Positions 25,613 through 38,174 of a stretch of DNA of 64,000 nt are shown piece by piece. A program made the position numbers and the translations under genes. The notes under the pieces were generated by a model. It was given only the letters and a program-made list of their open reading frames with translations. It did no database searches and was not told the DNA's origin. This DNA comes from Squalus acanthias (Eukaryota): contig CM059435.1 in NCBI GenBank assembly GCA_030390025.1, forward strand, positions 88,412,001 to 88,476,000, written 5' to 3'. Position 1 is the stretch's first letter. Every line of letters starts with the position of its first letter.

Positions 25613-26375
25613 GGCCTAGAAATTCGCGTGGCCGGCTTGCCGCGGGGGTAAGGATCGCGCGCGCTCTTACCCACCGCGCCTGCCGTTGTGTTTTGGGCCC
25701 ACGGGAACTTCGGGTCCCGGGCCTCTCCCAAGAGCCGGCGCGCAGTGCTTGCGTGTTCCAGGGGCGCAGTTAGTGCGATGCGACCCCTGGGATCACGTGG
25801 GCCATGGTGAGCCAATGGCAGCAGACCATCTTTCATTCATAGATTTGACAGGAGACCTGTCAAATCTGTGAATTGAAATCGGCCCCAAAAGAGCAGCTAA
25901 ACTTCAAATAAATTTTTTTTAAAACCATCACATTTATAAAATAACTATAGTTAAATAAATTAACCACTTTCAACAAAAATTAAAATTTTTGAAAAAATTA
26001 AAATACTTTTTAAAAGTTATAAAAATAAACTTACCTTTCTTTAATGTACCTAAAAAAGATAAACCTGTTGAAAAATATTTAAAATTATACTTAATTAACT
26101 ACTTACCTTGTTCAAAAGGGGTCTTACGCCTCCTTTTTATTAGCGTAGAATCTTCAATACTTACCCTCGCGTTGAAACCTGAAAAAAAATCTAAGTGTGC
26201 TGCGTGCGCGCAGCCTCTAGTGCGCACGCGGTTCACCTAGGAACCGCCCCTTCACCATACCGGAAGTTCCGGTTTTCCGCGCATGCGCAGTGCATACAGG
26301 AAACCGGCACTTCGGGAATGAATACGGGTGAGTACGGACTGTGTACTCACCCAGGAACGGCCGAATTTTTGGGCC
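25613..26375 (-). mobile_element. Harbinger-type MITE, copy 1 (opposite orientation to copies 2 and 3)
   Basis: TIR ggcctagaaattcg / cgaatttttgggcc; GC-rich arms with an AT-rich core; shares ggcccacgtgatc and aaggtaagtttattt blocks with the other copies. Confidence 0.8.
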
Positions 26376-27789
26376 ATTGTTCGGCTGCAAGTCCTGCTGG
26401 TCATAAGTCCCGCCCCACCTCGCATTCATTGGCTGACACGGTGCCAATAGACCTGCCGAAAAAGGTCATGTTGATGTAGTAGGGATAGTGAGTTTAGGGC
26501 TATACTCTGCATCTCTACTGTGCTGCACCTGACCTGATGGTTCTCCATGTTGGACTGGATTTCCAAAATAGAAAAGTGATCTGTTCCCCAGCACTAATAT
26601 TCCTCTTTAAAATCACAAAATTCACCAAAAATAAAATGGCAGTATTGAATGGTACGGGTAGGTTGATGTGCTGCACCCGAGTGGCTTGTACCTGCACGTC
26701 TTCCCACCGTGAGTTTCTAATGTCAGATGTGCTCTGAACAAAAGGTGCTAAGTTGAGGAGCGGGTGTTGTCCTTGCAGGAGAGTGGGGAAGGATAACATG
26801 AGTGCCGTACTTATGCACTTCCTGGTGACTGGCTGAAGAATGGTGATACGAGCTGTAATCCTGTAAGCCCTCCCACTGGGAGAATTATACATGGCAAAGA
26901 TTGGTGTTCTTAAAAAAACACACAATTAAGTGCATTAAAAATGGAGGTGGGGGGAGAGGAATAAAAACTGCCAGTCTTCCTCTATCCAAAGACACACGAA
27001 TACACGTTCAGAGCTGTTTACATGCTCTGCTTTTCTCAAAGCAGCGGCATCCTCTCTCTACCTTTTTCAAAATGTATTTTAGGAATTTTCACTAAATTGT
27101 GGAAAGTAATTTAATCGTGCTCTGGGTTTCTAAAAATAAAAATGCTGATATCCAGGCGCCAGGATATTTTTTTACATTAAAGGCGCCATATAAATACAAG
27201 TTGTAGTTGTGGCTGTCAACGCTTTGAACCATTTATCTGAAAGCATTCCGTCATTAAACGCCAACTTGTCACCTCAATAGCAGCCTTTTAAATCCATTTT
27301 TAGCAAATTTGGTGGAGGGCTTTTTTTCCCTTAACATTGTATGAAAAGAAACAAAGAGCTTTGGAAAATATACTTTTATTTTTCTGCCTTCTCCCACCGT
27401 ACCATTCTACAGCTCGTTGCTAGCTAGTGAGTGAGAGTGGCCCACAAACAACCTTGTTTCTTCACTCGGGTAATAACCCTCTCCTCACCCCCCCCACCCC
27501 CCAAAAAAAGTTTGGGGAAACATTTAAACCTCGGAGTGATTTCCAAAAGCATCTGTATTAGAATTTTGTGTTTGGGAACATGTTGTGAAAGGAGGGAGGG
27601 GCTTGATTTGTTCTATGATGCATTCAGTCTACAAGTTTAGCACTGGTGCGAAGTAGTTTCAGCTTCACACCGATTCTAAACTTGTGTAACACACATTAGG
27701 TGTCGAGGCCTGAACTGTCTCTGAAACAAGGTGGAGTGAAACAGTCTGCTCCCAGGAGTCTCGCACCTCTTCACTCTGCTGTCGGGGTA

Positions 27790-28116
27790 GGAACAAAAAC
27801 AGAAAATGCTGGGCAACACTTGGCAGGCAAGGCAGCAGCTGTGAAGAGAACACTAAAGAAGAAAGACTTGCATTTATATAGCGCCTTTCATGACCACCAG
27901 ACGTCTCAAAGCGCTTTACAGCCAATGAAGTACTTTTGAAGTGGAGTCACTGTTGTAATGTAGGAACTAGTCAATGTTTTGGGTGTTTAACCTCTCCTCA
28001 GAACTGGTTGGGTCCTTGAAAGGTCGACTTGTGTTCTCTCCGCAGATGTTGCCTGACCTGCTGAAAGTTATCTGTATTTGTTTCCGATTTCCAGCATCTG
28101 CAGTAGTTTGCCTTTG
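27790..28116. mobile_element. Inverted pair of Penelope terminal repeats interrupted by a SacSINE1 3' fragment (about 27857-27966, minus strand)
   Basis: Left aaaacagaaaatgctgg..gcagctgtg; right cagatgttgcctgacctgctga..gatttccagcatctgcagta; decayed hammerhead near 27970-28006. Confidence 0.7.
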
Positions 28117-29097
28117 GGTGATGGGGCGGGTACTGGCTGCACTTAACTATAACTGCAGCATTGGTGCGAAGCACAACCACTTTTCACTGATGCTGTAGTT
28201 ATAGTGGGAATGTCGCCTTGGTTGTGCTTTTAAATTTCCTTCTGATATAAGCGGTATGGTTTGGCCACCTGAAAATTAGAAATTGGTTTACAGAGAAACT
28301 GTATTTTGTCTGTTGCTGTTTAAAAATATGAACTGTTTAAAGTAGCATCGTGTGATGTGGTATTTGTTTCAAACAATGTGGGACAGATTCTGTTGGTAAA
28401 TCCTGTTTTTTTTTTAATATAAATGTGTTTCAAGGTTTGCCAGAAATGGCTCAAAACCCTTTTGTGCTCAAAAAGAGGGAAAAAATGGCAGCAAGATGTT
28501 AAGATAATGTGCACCATGTTGGCAGTGAGTCTCTCTCTGGCTCAGTGTGTGTCAGCAGCCCCCACACTGGAATTCCACATAATAGCTTGTCAAACTGTTT
28601 TTAGTAAAATGGTCCCAGTTGGTTTCTGCAGAACATGTGTGCTTTCTGATGGCTGTCTTTGGGTCTGCCTTCATTCTAGAGGAATGTTACTTCAGTAGCT
28701 ACAAAGCTTAGCATGAATGTTTTTAAAGTGCTTGATATTTTTTTTTGAACTCGATTATCAGAGCCAAAGATTTCACCACTTGTAATGCTTACTCTTTTTT
28801 CCTATATTTAATCAAAACCGTTCAACTTGGAAGTGCTGAGAAAAGAATCTCTATGTTGCAGATTACTGAAATCCTGCTCTCAAACTCTTAAGAGGGCTTT
28901 TTAATTCTTGGTGATTTTTTTTGTGTTCTCAAGGAGAGGGATACACTGCTTGGGTGTGGCATACTTATTCACTTCTGTCATGCACTGTCACGATCATGGA
29001 TTTACAGAACTCACTTTTTAAAAAATAGCTAGTTAGGATGGTTGTATTGGCACATAATACACCACCATCCCACTGTCCCTTGCTGGGCTCGGACCCA

Positions 29098-29102
<5 letters not shown>

Positions 29103-29147
<45 letters not shown>
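29103..29147. repeat. (CA)n microsatellite
   Basis: Direct reading. Confidence 0.95.
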
Positions 29148-29149
<2 letters not shown>

Positions 29150-29529
29150 CACACAGATCGCTGGTAGTCCACTTCACATCTGTTCAGCCACTTGTATCCC
29201 TCTATAATGGTCAACATTTGTCAGATTCTGAGGGAACCTTGAATTGCGTGATTTCCCACCCCTCGCACCTCCCAAATTGCTTACACCAACTACATGTCTG
29301 AGTTAGATTACTGGTTTAGTGCTAAATTGTAGGCACTTTTATGCAGTCGATCCGCACTCACTGGGAGCTGGATTGAGATGTTTAAACTACTTCCAGATGA
29401 GATCATTACTGCCAGCAGGCAGGGAGATAAACTTTCAGCCCTAGAATCTGAGTCAGGTTCTAACCCAGGTGGCAGCGTGTAACCCTCTACACCACCCAGT
29501 CCCTAGAAAATTCCTGTTTTAAAAACATA

Positions 29530-30264
29530 GGCCCGTATTTTCTGATCACTACGGGTGGGTACGAGCTGTGTGCACACCCGTAGGGACCTCGCAAGTGCCG
29601 GTTTCAGGCATGCGAAGCACATGCGCTGAAAACCGACACTTCGATCTGTTAAGAATCCTCTCGACAGATCGGACACCTGCCCTGGAGAAGGGCCTCTGCG
29701 GGTGGAGAGTTCCGCTTTCTGCAGAACCTCCGCCCGCTGAAAACCTTTAAAAATCTTACGCCTGATATGCTTTTACCAGCATAAGAGTTTAAAAAAAGTA
29801 AAAAAAAAATTTTTCACTCATTTATAATTTTAAAATACTTTTTAAAAAAGGTAAGTTTATTTTTAGCCCCGTAAAAAAACTTTAATTTTTTTTTCAAAAA
29901 ATTAATTTTTTGTTTAAAATATTTAATTGAATGTAATTTTAACTAATTTTAAAAATGTGATTAAAAAAAAAAAATTACTTAATGTTTTGCTGTGTTTTTG
30001 GAGTGATCTCCATTCATGCTTTTGACGGGTCTAAGCTGAGAGACCTGTCAAAAGTGTGAAGGGGATTCCCTTCTTCCATTGGTTCCCCATGGCCCACGTG
30101 ATCCCAGGGGCGCTTGCGAGCCGTATGCGCCCCTGGGATACCTGGGCCCTGCGCATTTCATAGCGCAGAGGCCCAGGAGCGGAAATGTCCGGACCTCTGG
30201 AGCCCTCGGGTAAGGGCGTAGATTTTTTTCCAGATCGGAGGCATCCGATCGGAAAATACGGGCC
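29530..30264 (+). mobile_element. Harbinger-type MITE, copy 2
   Basis: TIR ggcccgtattttctgatc / gatcggaaaatacgggcc (17 of 18 match); flanks ATA/ATT. Confidence 0.85.
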
Positions 30265-30769
30265 ATTATGCTTCACAGTTGTTGCATTAGTAAACATTCT
30301 CAGATGCAAGTTGGAAGTAAAGATGCCTACTCCTGGGAAAAGTTAAAAGTTTCAGTGCTTTCACTTTATGATTTTGCAACAGAGATAAATTTTAACAGCA
30401 CATGGTCACTGGCCTGATTTCAAAGCCATTTTGTCCCTGGGTTGTTGCAAAACACAGAATTGGTGATATAAGAATACAAATTGTGATTATGAACAAGACA
30501 TATGTCAAAAATTTGGAATCCCTCTAATTTTGTTGTTGTTGAAGGTTTGTGTTTTGCTCCTGGATATACTTGAGTTTGGGACATTTGGATTAGTGTGACT
30601 GCAGCATGATGTTTATTGTCCAAGGTGGCTATGCAAGGATGTCCACTTTATGTTCTAGATGCTGGTTGTGGTTAAACCCGCCCTCAAAATATAGTATGCT
30701 AACCGTACAAAACATTAGTGTATATTCCGCTAGTTTATACCACCAGTCAATAAAATATATTTTTTGCTA

Positions 30770-31240
30770 ATTCTCTCCCCATTTCCGAAAATGTTGACTG
30801 TCTTGCTGGGGCACAGTTCCGTGGGTACCGGCAGCCTCATATCTTACCCAAGTGGCCTTTGTTCATGTATGAGCCTGACGGTGAGTGTGGCTGGCTTTTG
30901 TAAAGCCTCACAACCGATCTGAATCCTGTCCTCACTGCATCACCACACGTGGAAGTCATTGGATTCTGGTTTTTTTGGCTGACATCTTGCCTTTAGTTCA
31001 GGGGTACTGAGGTCAGTTCCAGCAGTCCTAAATACTCTCTTAGCTCCTGCCTGAAACTTAAGCCTGGAATGTTATAGTGGTGATCTAGTTTATAATCCCA
31101 ATAAAATCAAATCCTTTAGAGCTCCCTTGATGGCTCAGTCATGCAAACCAGAAGATCCCAGGTCTGTTAGGTCTGTGCTGAGTAAGCTCATCTCAGCCAA
31201 GGTGGCATTAGGAGCACAACTATTGGTCTCATTGTGGCTA
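30770..31240. mobile_element. Fragments of the old tRNA-derived SINE (minus 30770-31040; plus-strand head 31130-31240)
   Basis: Similarity to 52935-53300 (cccaagtggcc..ttcatgtatgagcct; tgtgctgagtaagctcatctcagcc). Confidence 0.55.
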
Positions 31241-31440
31241 AATTAATAACGGCAAGCTTGTTATTCTTAGTCATGTTTTGTCCACTCTAAATTTGCAGAC
31301 ACCAGACGCAGAGACTGATAGGATTGTCTAAGTGAGGCGGTCCAACTGCTATTTAGGTTTCTGTATAGTGTTAAGAAACATTGCTGTACTTTATAGGTTT
31401 TCTATTTGATTGCATGTAGTTCAGAAGCAACTTATCTTTC

Positions 31441-31845
31441 TGATACGAGACTCCCAAGACAAGCGCTCTACTCGGAGCTCCGACACGGCAAGAGAGCCCC
31501 AGGTGGGCAGAGGAAACGCTTCAAGGACGCCCTCAAAGCCTCCTTGAAAAAGTGCAACATCCCCACTGACACCTGGGAATCCCTGGCCCAAGACCGCACA
31601 AAGTGGAGGAGAAGCATCCGGGAAGGCGCCGAACACCTCGAGTCTCTTCGCCGGGAGCAAGTGGAAGCCAAGCGCAAGGAGCGCACGTCAACCCAAGCAC
31701 CCCACCCACCCTGCCCCTTCAACCACCGTCTGCCCCACTGTGACAGAGACTGTAGGTCCTGCATTGGACTCATCAGTCACCTGAGAACTCATTTTTAATG
31801 TGGAAGCAAGTCATCCTCGGTTCTGAGGGACTGCCTAAGTAAGAG
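31441..31845 (+). mobile_element. RTE-clade LINE 3' fragment
   Basis: DTRLPRQALYSELRHGKRAPGGQRKRFKDALKASLKKC..WESLAQDRTKWR..HCDRDCRSCIGLISHLRTH (C-terminal zinc finger). Confidence 0.92.
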
Positions 31846-33795
31846 ATCTTTTTCTATCCTGGGATTGTTTGTATTGTGAAAGTGAAAATGTGAAAACCTT
31901 TTTCCCCCCCCCCCCCCCCCCCCTGCCCCTCAAGACACATTGAATTTGCTCTTAACAGGAATTGATCTTTTGTTTATTCCACTTATGAGGAAGATTTAAT
32001 CTGATCACGTAGAATTATTGCTAACATTTTTGCTACAGAAGGTAAATTGAAATTTCAGTGTGTGGATTCCTGTTAAGTTAATATTTATAAGTGAGTACAT
32101 GTGGCATACAGGCTATTCATTTAGGGATTGACTGCACAACTAACCCATGCTTCAGGAGTACATTTTAAATGCCAACTCCTGTGAGCAAAGGGTCATTTTA
32201 GTATTCTGTGGATTGTGCATCAGACACAGCAGTTCCCTAGTAATTATATGAGACTATCTAAAGCCTGACAAAGATTAGAAACAAGTGAGGGATTTGGATT
32301 ATCTAGGATGAAGTAGATACAGAAATTCAACCCAATAAATTAATGGTTCCAATTTATTGAAGATCAATCTGAGTTGCAATTAGAGTATTGAGTGTTTGAG
32401 TATTTGCAAAAGTATCTGTCACTTAAATAAATCAAGTAATTGTAAGTAGATTTTCAGCTCACTTGCCCCATACCTTCTAATCAATATTGGTTTCTCCCAC
32501 TGAAATTAATGAGGAACTTATAGGATATTGATGGTTGAATGGATGAGTCTATATTTTTGTTAAAGCTTCAAATTGTATTTTAAAGCTGGAGTTAATAAGC
32601 ATCTCAAACTAGTATGAGGGGATCAAGCTTTAGTGCATTCTTTAGTTCCCTGATTTATGCTGCCACTTTTGTATTGATGCACATCAAAGTCAGTTTGCAC
32701 TGATGCAAAAGTAATCATATAACTACACTGTAAGAAACATTGTTAGCATTATTTGAGAAAGGGACCAGCCAGTCTTTCACATTACTTTTCATGACAAATA
32801 TCCGTACTTACGCATTTAATGTTAAAACCTCAAGGTCACTCATTCTATGATTCTATAGCGGGGATGTGGGACTAAGCACAACTGCTCTTTCTAACAGCCA
32901 GCACAGGAATGACCGGCCAAATGGCCTCCTTTTGTGCTGTAAGTTTCTATGATTCCAGATCTGTTGTCACACCTAGCCACCTGCACAGTCCTTCGTTTAC
33001 TTTTGTCCTTTTGAAATCCTTTCCCTCTTCATGTTCTAAGTATTGCCTATGGTAACACGTCATTATCGTAACTAAATGATTTACATGTTGTCAACCCAGG
33101 ATGCGATTCTTTCACTGTGCTAATTCCCAAAGTTCGTATTTAAAACAAATGAAATCACATTGTTGTCGTCGAGAGCAAACTTTCCTCTGAGGACATTTGA
33201 TGGTTCTGAAATTAATCTTTGATCCAGGAGCTGAGCATGCTTCAAGTCCACAGTGATGCCCAACTGAAAATGCGAATTACAGTTACAAATAATGTTCAAC
33301 ACAGATAATTCAGTTCAGTTGTATCCACTAGGAATATTACATGCAGCCTGAAATGTTGGAAACCGATGACCCAATTTGTTTCCTTTCCCACAAAATCTAA
33401 AGTCAAAATGATCAGTCTCACATATAATAAGCATAGGATTATAGAGAAGGCTGTTAAACAGAATGATGTACAACTTTAATGTACATTGTTTGAAATTGGG
33501 CTGGATTAGATTTTCCTGTTTTTAAAAGGGGCACTAATTTGTTGCTTGTGGATTTGCTCAAATTATCTAAGCTTCCATTTAACTCTGGGTTAAAATTTTC
33601 TGAATGTAATTTAGTTCATAGCAAAATGTAATTTTTGAACAGTAACGTATATTGTTTCGCTAATTTCCTTTATACAGATTTATTGGTCAACCTAGCTAAA
33701 ATTCATGACTGTTTGACAAAGGTGCTGGCAAAGTCAGGAGTTCTTATTACTGCTTTGCTATAATCACATAGTCTGCCTGGTGCCATTATCTGGTA

Positions 33796-34312
33796 AAAGA
33801 AAGACTTTGCATTTATATAGTGCCTTTTGTGATCTCGGGACATCCCAAAGTGCTTTACAGCTGTTAGAGTAAAAATTATAGGACTTAAAGAATGTAAAAG
33901 TTAAAGAATGTAAGTTAAAACAGCAATGTGAAAGTTAAAGTAAATTCGTAAAGACAGAATGGTCAACCTGACACAGTGCGATGAGTAATGTCTGTGGTCA
34001 ACATGTGTACGTGCGAGACCCAATGTTTATAGTTTCGGTAGGGAAGTAAAGTTTTTAGCTTAATGGGCAGTTTATAATTAGAAGTCTGTTGCTGGGGGAA
34101 CGTGATTGGGTGATGTAATGAATTACGTAACCGACCCTATAATGTATAAAAGAAGTTTCGATACCACTGTAACGGCGAGAAGTGGATCACTAGACCGCGG
34201 GGTCTATGGCTCTTCTCCCACTGCGCTCTGTTAAATAAACTGTGATCTTCTGCTTTGAGACAGACTCGAGTGAATTCATTTTTCACCAACAGCCGCCAAT
34301 TAAATACTTTGA
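33796..34312 (-). mobile_element. SacSINE1-like 3' fragment hosting the solo LTR
   Basis: aaagaaagactttgcatttatatagtgcc..gctttacagc [LTR] ..caattaaatactttga. Confidence 0.75.
33862..34291 (+). mobile_element. Solo LTR (430 bp) of an endogenous retrovirus or LTR retrotransposon
   Basis: TGTTAG...CCAACA termini, ATTGG box, TATAAAAG near 34145, R-region hairpin, AATAAA near 34233; 5 extra nt at the host site (ACAGC/GCCGC, imperfect TSD). Confidence 0.8.
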
Positions 34313-35416
34313 CTTGGATAGAGAACTGGTTGGCAGACAGAAAGCAAAGAGTTGGAATAAACGGGTCTTTTTCCGAGTGGCAGGCAGTGACTAGTGGGGT
34401 ACCGCAGGGATCGTTCCTTGGACCCCAGCTATTCACAATATATATAAATGATCTAGACAAGGGAACTAGATGTAATATCTCCAAGTTTGCAGACGACACA
34501 AAACTGGGTGGGCGTGTGTGCTGCGAGGAAGATGCCGAGAAACTCCAGGATGATTTGGACAGGTTGGGTGATTGGGCAGAAGCGTGGCAGATGCAATATA
34601 ACGTGGATAAATGCGAGGTTATCCACTTTGGTGTCAAAAACAGAAAGGCAGATTATTATCTGAATGGCAATAGATTGGGAGAAGGGGAAGTGCAACGAGA
34701 CCTGGGTGTCCTTGTGCACCAGTCGCTGAAGGTAAGCATGCAGGTGCAGCAGGCGGTTAAGAAGGCAAATGGTATGTTGGCCTTCGTAGCGAGAGGGTTT
34801 GAGTACAGGAACAAGGATGTCTTGCTGCAGTTGTACAGGGCCTTGGTGAGACCACACCTCGAGTACTGTGTGCAGTTTTGGCCGCCTTATCTGAGGAAGG
34901 ATGTTCTTGCCATGGAAGGAGTTCAGCGAAGATTCACAAGGCTGATACCTGGGATGGCAGGAATGACGTATGAAGAGAGATTGGGTCGATTGGGCTTGTA
35001 TTCGCTAGAGTTTAGAAGAATGAGAGGGGATCTCATTGAAACTTATAAAATTCTAACAGGACTAGACAGACTAGATGCAGGAAGGATGTTCCCGATGGCG
35101 GGGGAGTCCAGAACCAGAGGTCACAGTCTAAGGATAAGGGGTAAGCTATTTAGGACTGAGATGAGGAGGAATTTCTTCACCCAGAGAGTGGTGAACCTGT
35201 GGAATTCTCTACCACAGAAGACAGTTGAGTCCAATTCATTAAATATATTCAAGAAGGAGTTAGATATATTTCTTAAGGCTAAGGGGATCAAGGGATATGG
35301 GGAGAAAGCAGGGACAGGGTACTGAATTTGGATGATCAGCCATGATCTCATTGAATGGCGGAACAGGCTCGAGGGGCCGAATGGCCTACTCCTGCTCTTA
35401 TCTTCTATGTTTCTAT
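34311..35416 (+). mobile_element. CR1 LINE 3' 1.1 kb with uninterrupted RT reading frame (young copy)
   Basis: ORF 34255-35325 has no stops or frameshifts from WIENWLADRKQRV through SGVPQGS and FADD to the natural stop; ttctatg tail. Confidence 0.97.
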
Positions 35417-35844
35417 TATCAAATCACCACTTCTATTGTCCTAGCAGTGAAATGAAGTGTCCGACATCCGTGAAACAGTTCATTGAAAAATAGTACAAAC
35501 TTGATTGGACTGGGAGAAATCTGGAGGAATTCTACTGTCCGTGGTCTGTAACAGATGTATCGGCCAAGACAGAGGCCCAGTGAGACCAGATGACTGTCTA
35601 AAACCATTGAATGACAGTTGTTGTCAAGTACACAGTGGGAATTTGTTCCTCTTAGGTTCAGCAGACGTCACATTTTGGCTGATGCAAGTAAGCCCTTGGG
35701 CACTGGACTAATTTTGCGCTTGTGACTCCATACCACGTCAGCATGTGTTTGTCAGTCATATGGATCCTTTCCCACTTTTTCCTTTAATAACACTGAAATT
35801 GTAGGGCAGCAGAAAACTATGCACTGTGTGTTTTTTGTATTCCT

Positions 35845-36245
35845 GCCCAGATTAATCATCGCCGCCTAGATTTAGAATTGCCCACACATTCTTGCTGCTG
35901 ATCCCCTGCGGCTGTCCATGTCGATTTGTGTTTCCAGTGTACAGCAGCAAGGCTTGCAATGCCTTCCCAAAGGTGACAGCTTGTCATTCATATTGACTGT
36001 TGCTGAGCCATCGCGGAGACTCTGAAGCGCCTCAAGGTTTTGGCTGATTTAATTGACAGCTCACAGCAGCCTGGTGAGGTTTAGCTGCCACATTCCCTAC
36101 CTTCGTAATTACTTAATTTATGCAACTGGAGAAAGAATTCATGTAAACAGAGGTGCATCTTGTCACAGTTTGCTTCAGGATAGGATCCTGACCATGTATT
36201 AATCTGCTAAAAGACTGCAGCAGTCTTTTCATAATTGAGTTATGA
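35845..36245. promoter_or_regulatory. Candidate intronic enhancer or conserved non-coding element
   Basis: No recognisable repeat; clustered TGACAG, TAAT(T/C), TGATTTAAT, TGTAAACA and TTATGCAA motifs. Confidence 0.3.
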
Positions 36246-36867
36246 AAAGTGAACATCCTGTGCTTAGTGAACATGCATGTTTAGGCTAACTGAAGAGTGA
36301 ATTCTTGTGTTCAGCTGCATGGTTAAGCTTTGTTTTCTTGACGAATTGCTGACTGCAATATAGCAAACGTAAGGAAAAAAATCTCACCGCAAAGATTGCA
36401 GGATGACTATTGCAATCAGCTGTGCTTCTGTAAGGGAAAAAAAATCGAATCTTTATAATTTAAAAGTTTTCCTAGTCTCCTCTCCTCGAATATTTGAGTG
36501 AGCAGCAATATAATCTATTGACCGTATCATCTGGGAACTATGAAAGTCTGTTAGCAATCTCACCAAAGTGATTAATTGTAGTTACTGGGTAAATGGAAAA
36601 GCCTCTGGGTTGAAACTTGTTTTTAATTGAGATGATTTTTAAACGTTGGATATTGGCGAGTATCTTAACTACTAAGTACAAATTGTTTGGTGGGGGGGCT
36701 GTTTTCCCCCCTTTAATGAGGAATCTGAGGGGAGGAGAGACGAATGCTTTATGTTCCCTGTGTTTGTTCAAAATCATTTTCATGTGGTGGGGCATCTGTT
36801 TCTGTTGAATAACCTGAATGACTGACTATTTCACAAATGAAAATTTACTGAAAAAGGACATGCTCTA

Positions 36868-38140
36868 GAATCATAGAATTATACACCACAAAAGGAGACC
36901 ATTAGGTTTAATACGTTTGTGCCAGCTCTCTGAAAGCTATCTGCCTAGTCCAATTCCCCTTCCCTTTTCACATATGCTTTGGAATTTTTCTTTTGCAAAT
37001 ATTTATCCCCTTCTCTTTGCTACTGCAAATTTTGATATTGTGTCTCTTACACCCAGGTTTGTTGTGATCTGGAATGCACTGCCTGAAAGACGGTGGAAGC
37101 AGATTCAATAGTAACATTGAAAGAGAATTGGATAAATACTTGAAGGGAAAAAAATGACAGGGCTATGAGGAAAGAGCAGGGGTGTGGGACTAATTGGATA
37201 GCTCTACCAAAGAGCTGGCACAATGGGACGAATGGCCTCCTTCTGTACTGTATCATTCTATGAAATGGTGGTCCCAACACTGATATCTGGGGGATAACAC
37301 ATTTACAGCACTCCAGTTTGAAAAACATCCATTAACTATGCTCTCTTCTAGCCATAACCAACTTTCTATTTGTGCTGCTACCACTCCCTTTAATATTGTA
37401 TGCTTTCATTTTATCAAAAAGTCTCTTAAGCACTTAATCCAAGGCTTTTCGACCGTCCATAAACAGAACATCCACTGAATTTTTTTGAGCAATACACTCC
37501 ATTATTTCTTCAGACACAACTTGCTGTTTAAATTTGTGCAGCTGGTCCTCAATTTACTTGTGTCATTCTTGGTCGATGTTAATTTTATCCTTTATTATGG
37601 CTTCTAGAAGCCTGTCCACTACCGATATTAGGTTGACTGGTCTATAATTACCTGGTATATCTCTATCTCCCTTTATCAACAAAGATTTTACATTGGTAAT
37701 CCCCCTAGTCCTCTGGCACAACTTTCATATCAAGGATTGGGTTCAGAGCTGCTGCTATTTCCATTCTGATTCTCCTCAGCCTTCCAGGATACTTGTCATC
37801 AGGGCTCAGTTCCTTTTCCACTTTGAGTTCCACCAGTTCTTTTTACAGTACTACTTCCTTCTGTTTAGTTATCCTATCTAATTGTTTCACCTTTTTGTGC
37901 TTTTTCATTCCTGCTACCACACTCTTCTGTGAAAATCACAGCAAAGTACTAATTTAGTATTTCCACCATTCTTTCATCCTCCAAGATTTCCTTTTCATCT
38001 CTAATCATCACTATCCTTTCTTCAACTATCCTTTCTTTTTATGTTTAAAGCTTTTGCTATTCCTCAGTGTTACCTGACAGTCTGACAAATCAAACCTACT
38101 TAGCTTTTCTCATCATTTTGTTTCCAGTGTTGTCAAAAAG
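36868..38140. mobile_element. Cluster of old CR1 pieces (tail minus, tail plus 37045-37264, RT remnant minus 37265-38140)
   Basis: CR1 3' UTR motifs (gaatggcctccttctgtactgtatcattctatga) and reversed RT motifs (aggttgactggtctataattacc). Confidence 0.7.
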
Positions 38141-38174
38141 CTTGTTGGAAAGCACTGCTAATTGCTGAGTTATG

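Noticed and set aside
26395-26460. GC box plus CCAAT motifs as a promoter
   Set aside because: Short isolated motifs beside a MITE, with no CpG island or downstream exon.
34255-35325. 356-aa ORF as a host or novel RT gene
   Set aside because: It is a 5'-truncated CR1 ORF2; its apparent N-terminus is read-through from the LTR and SINE.
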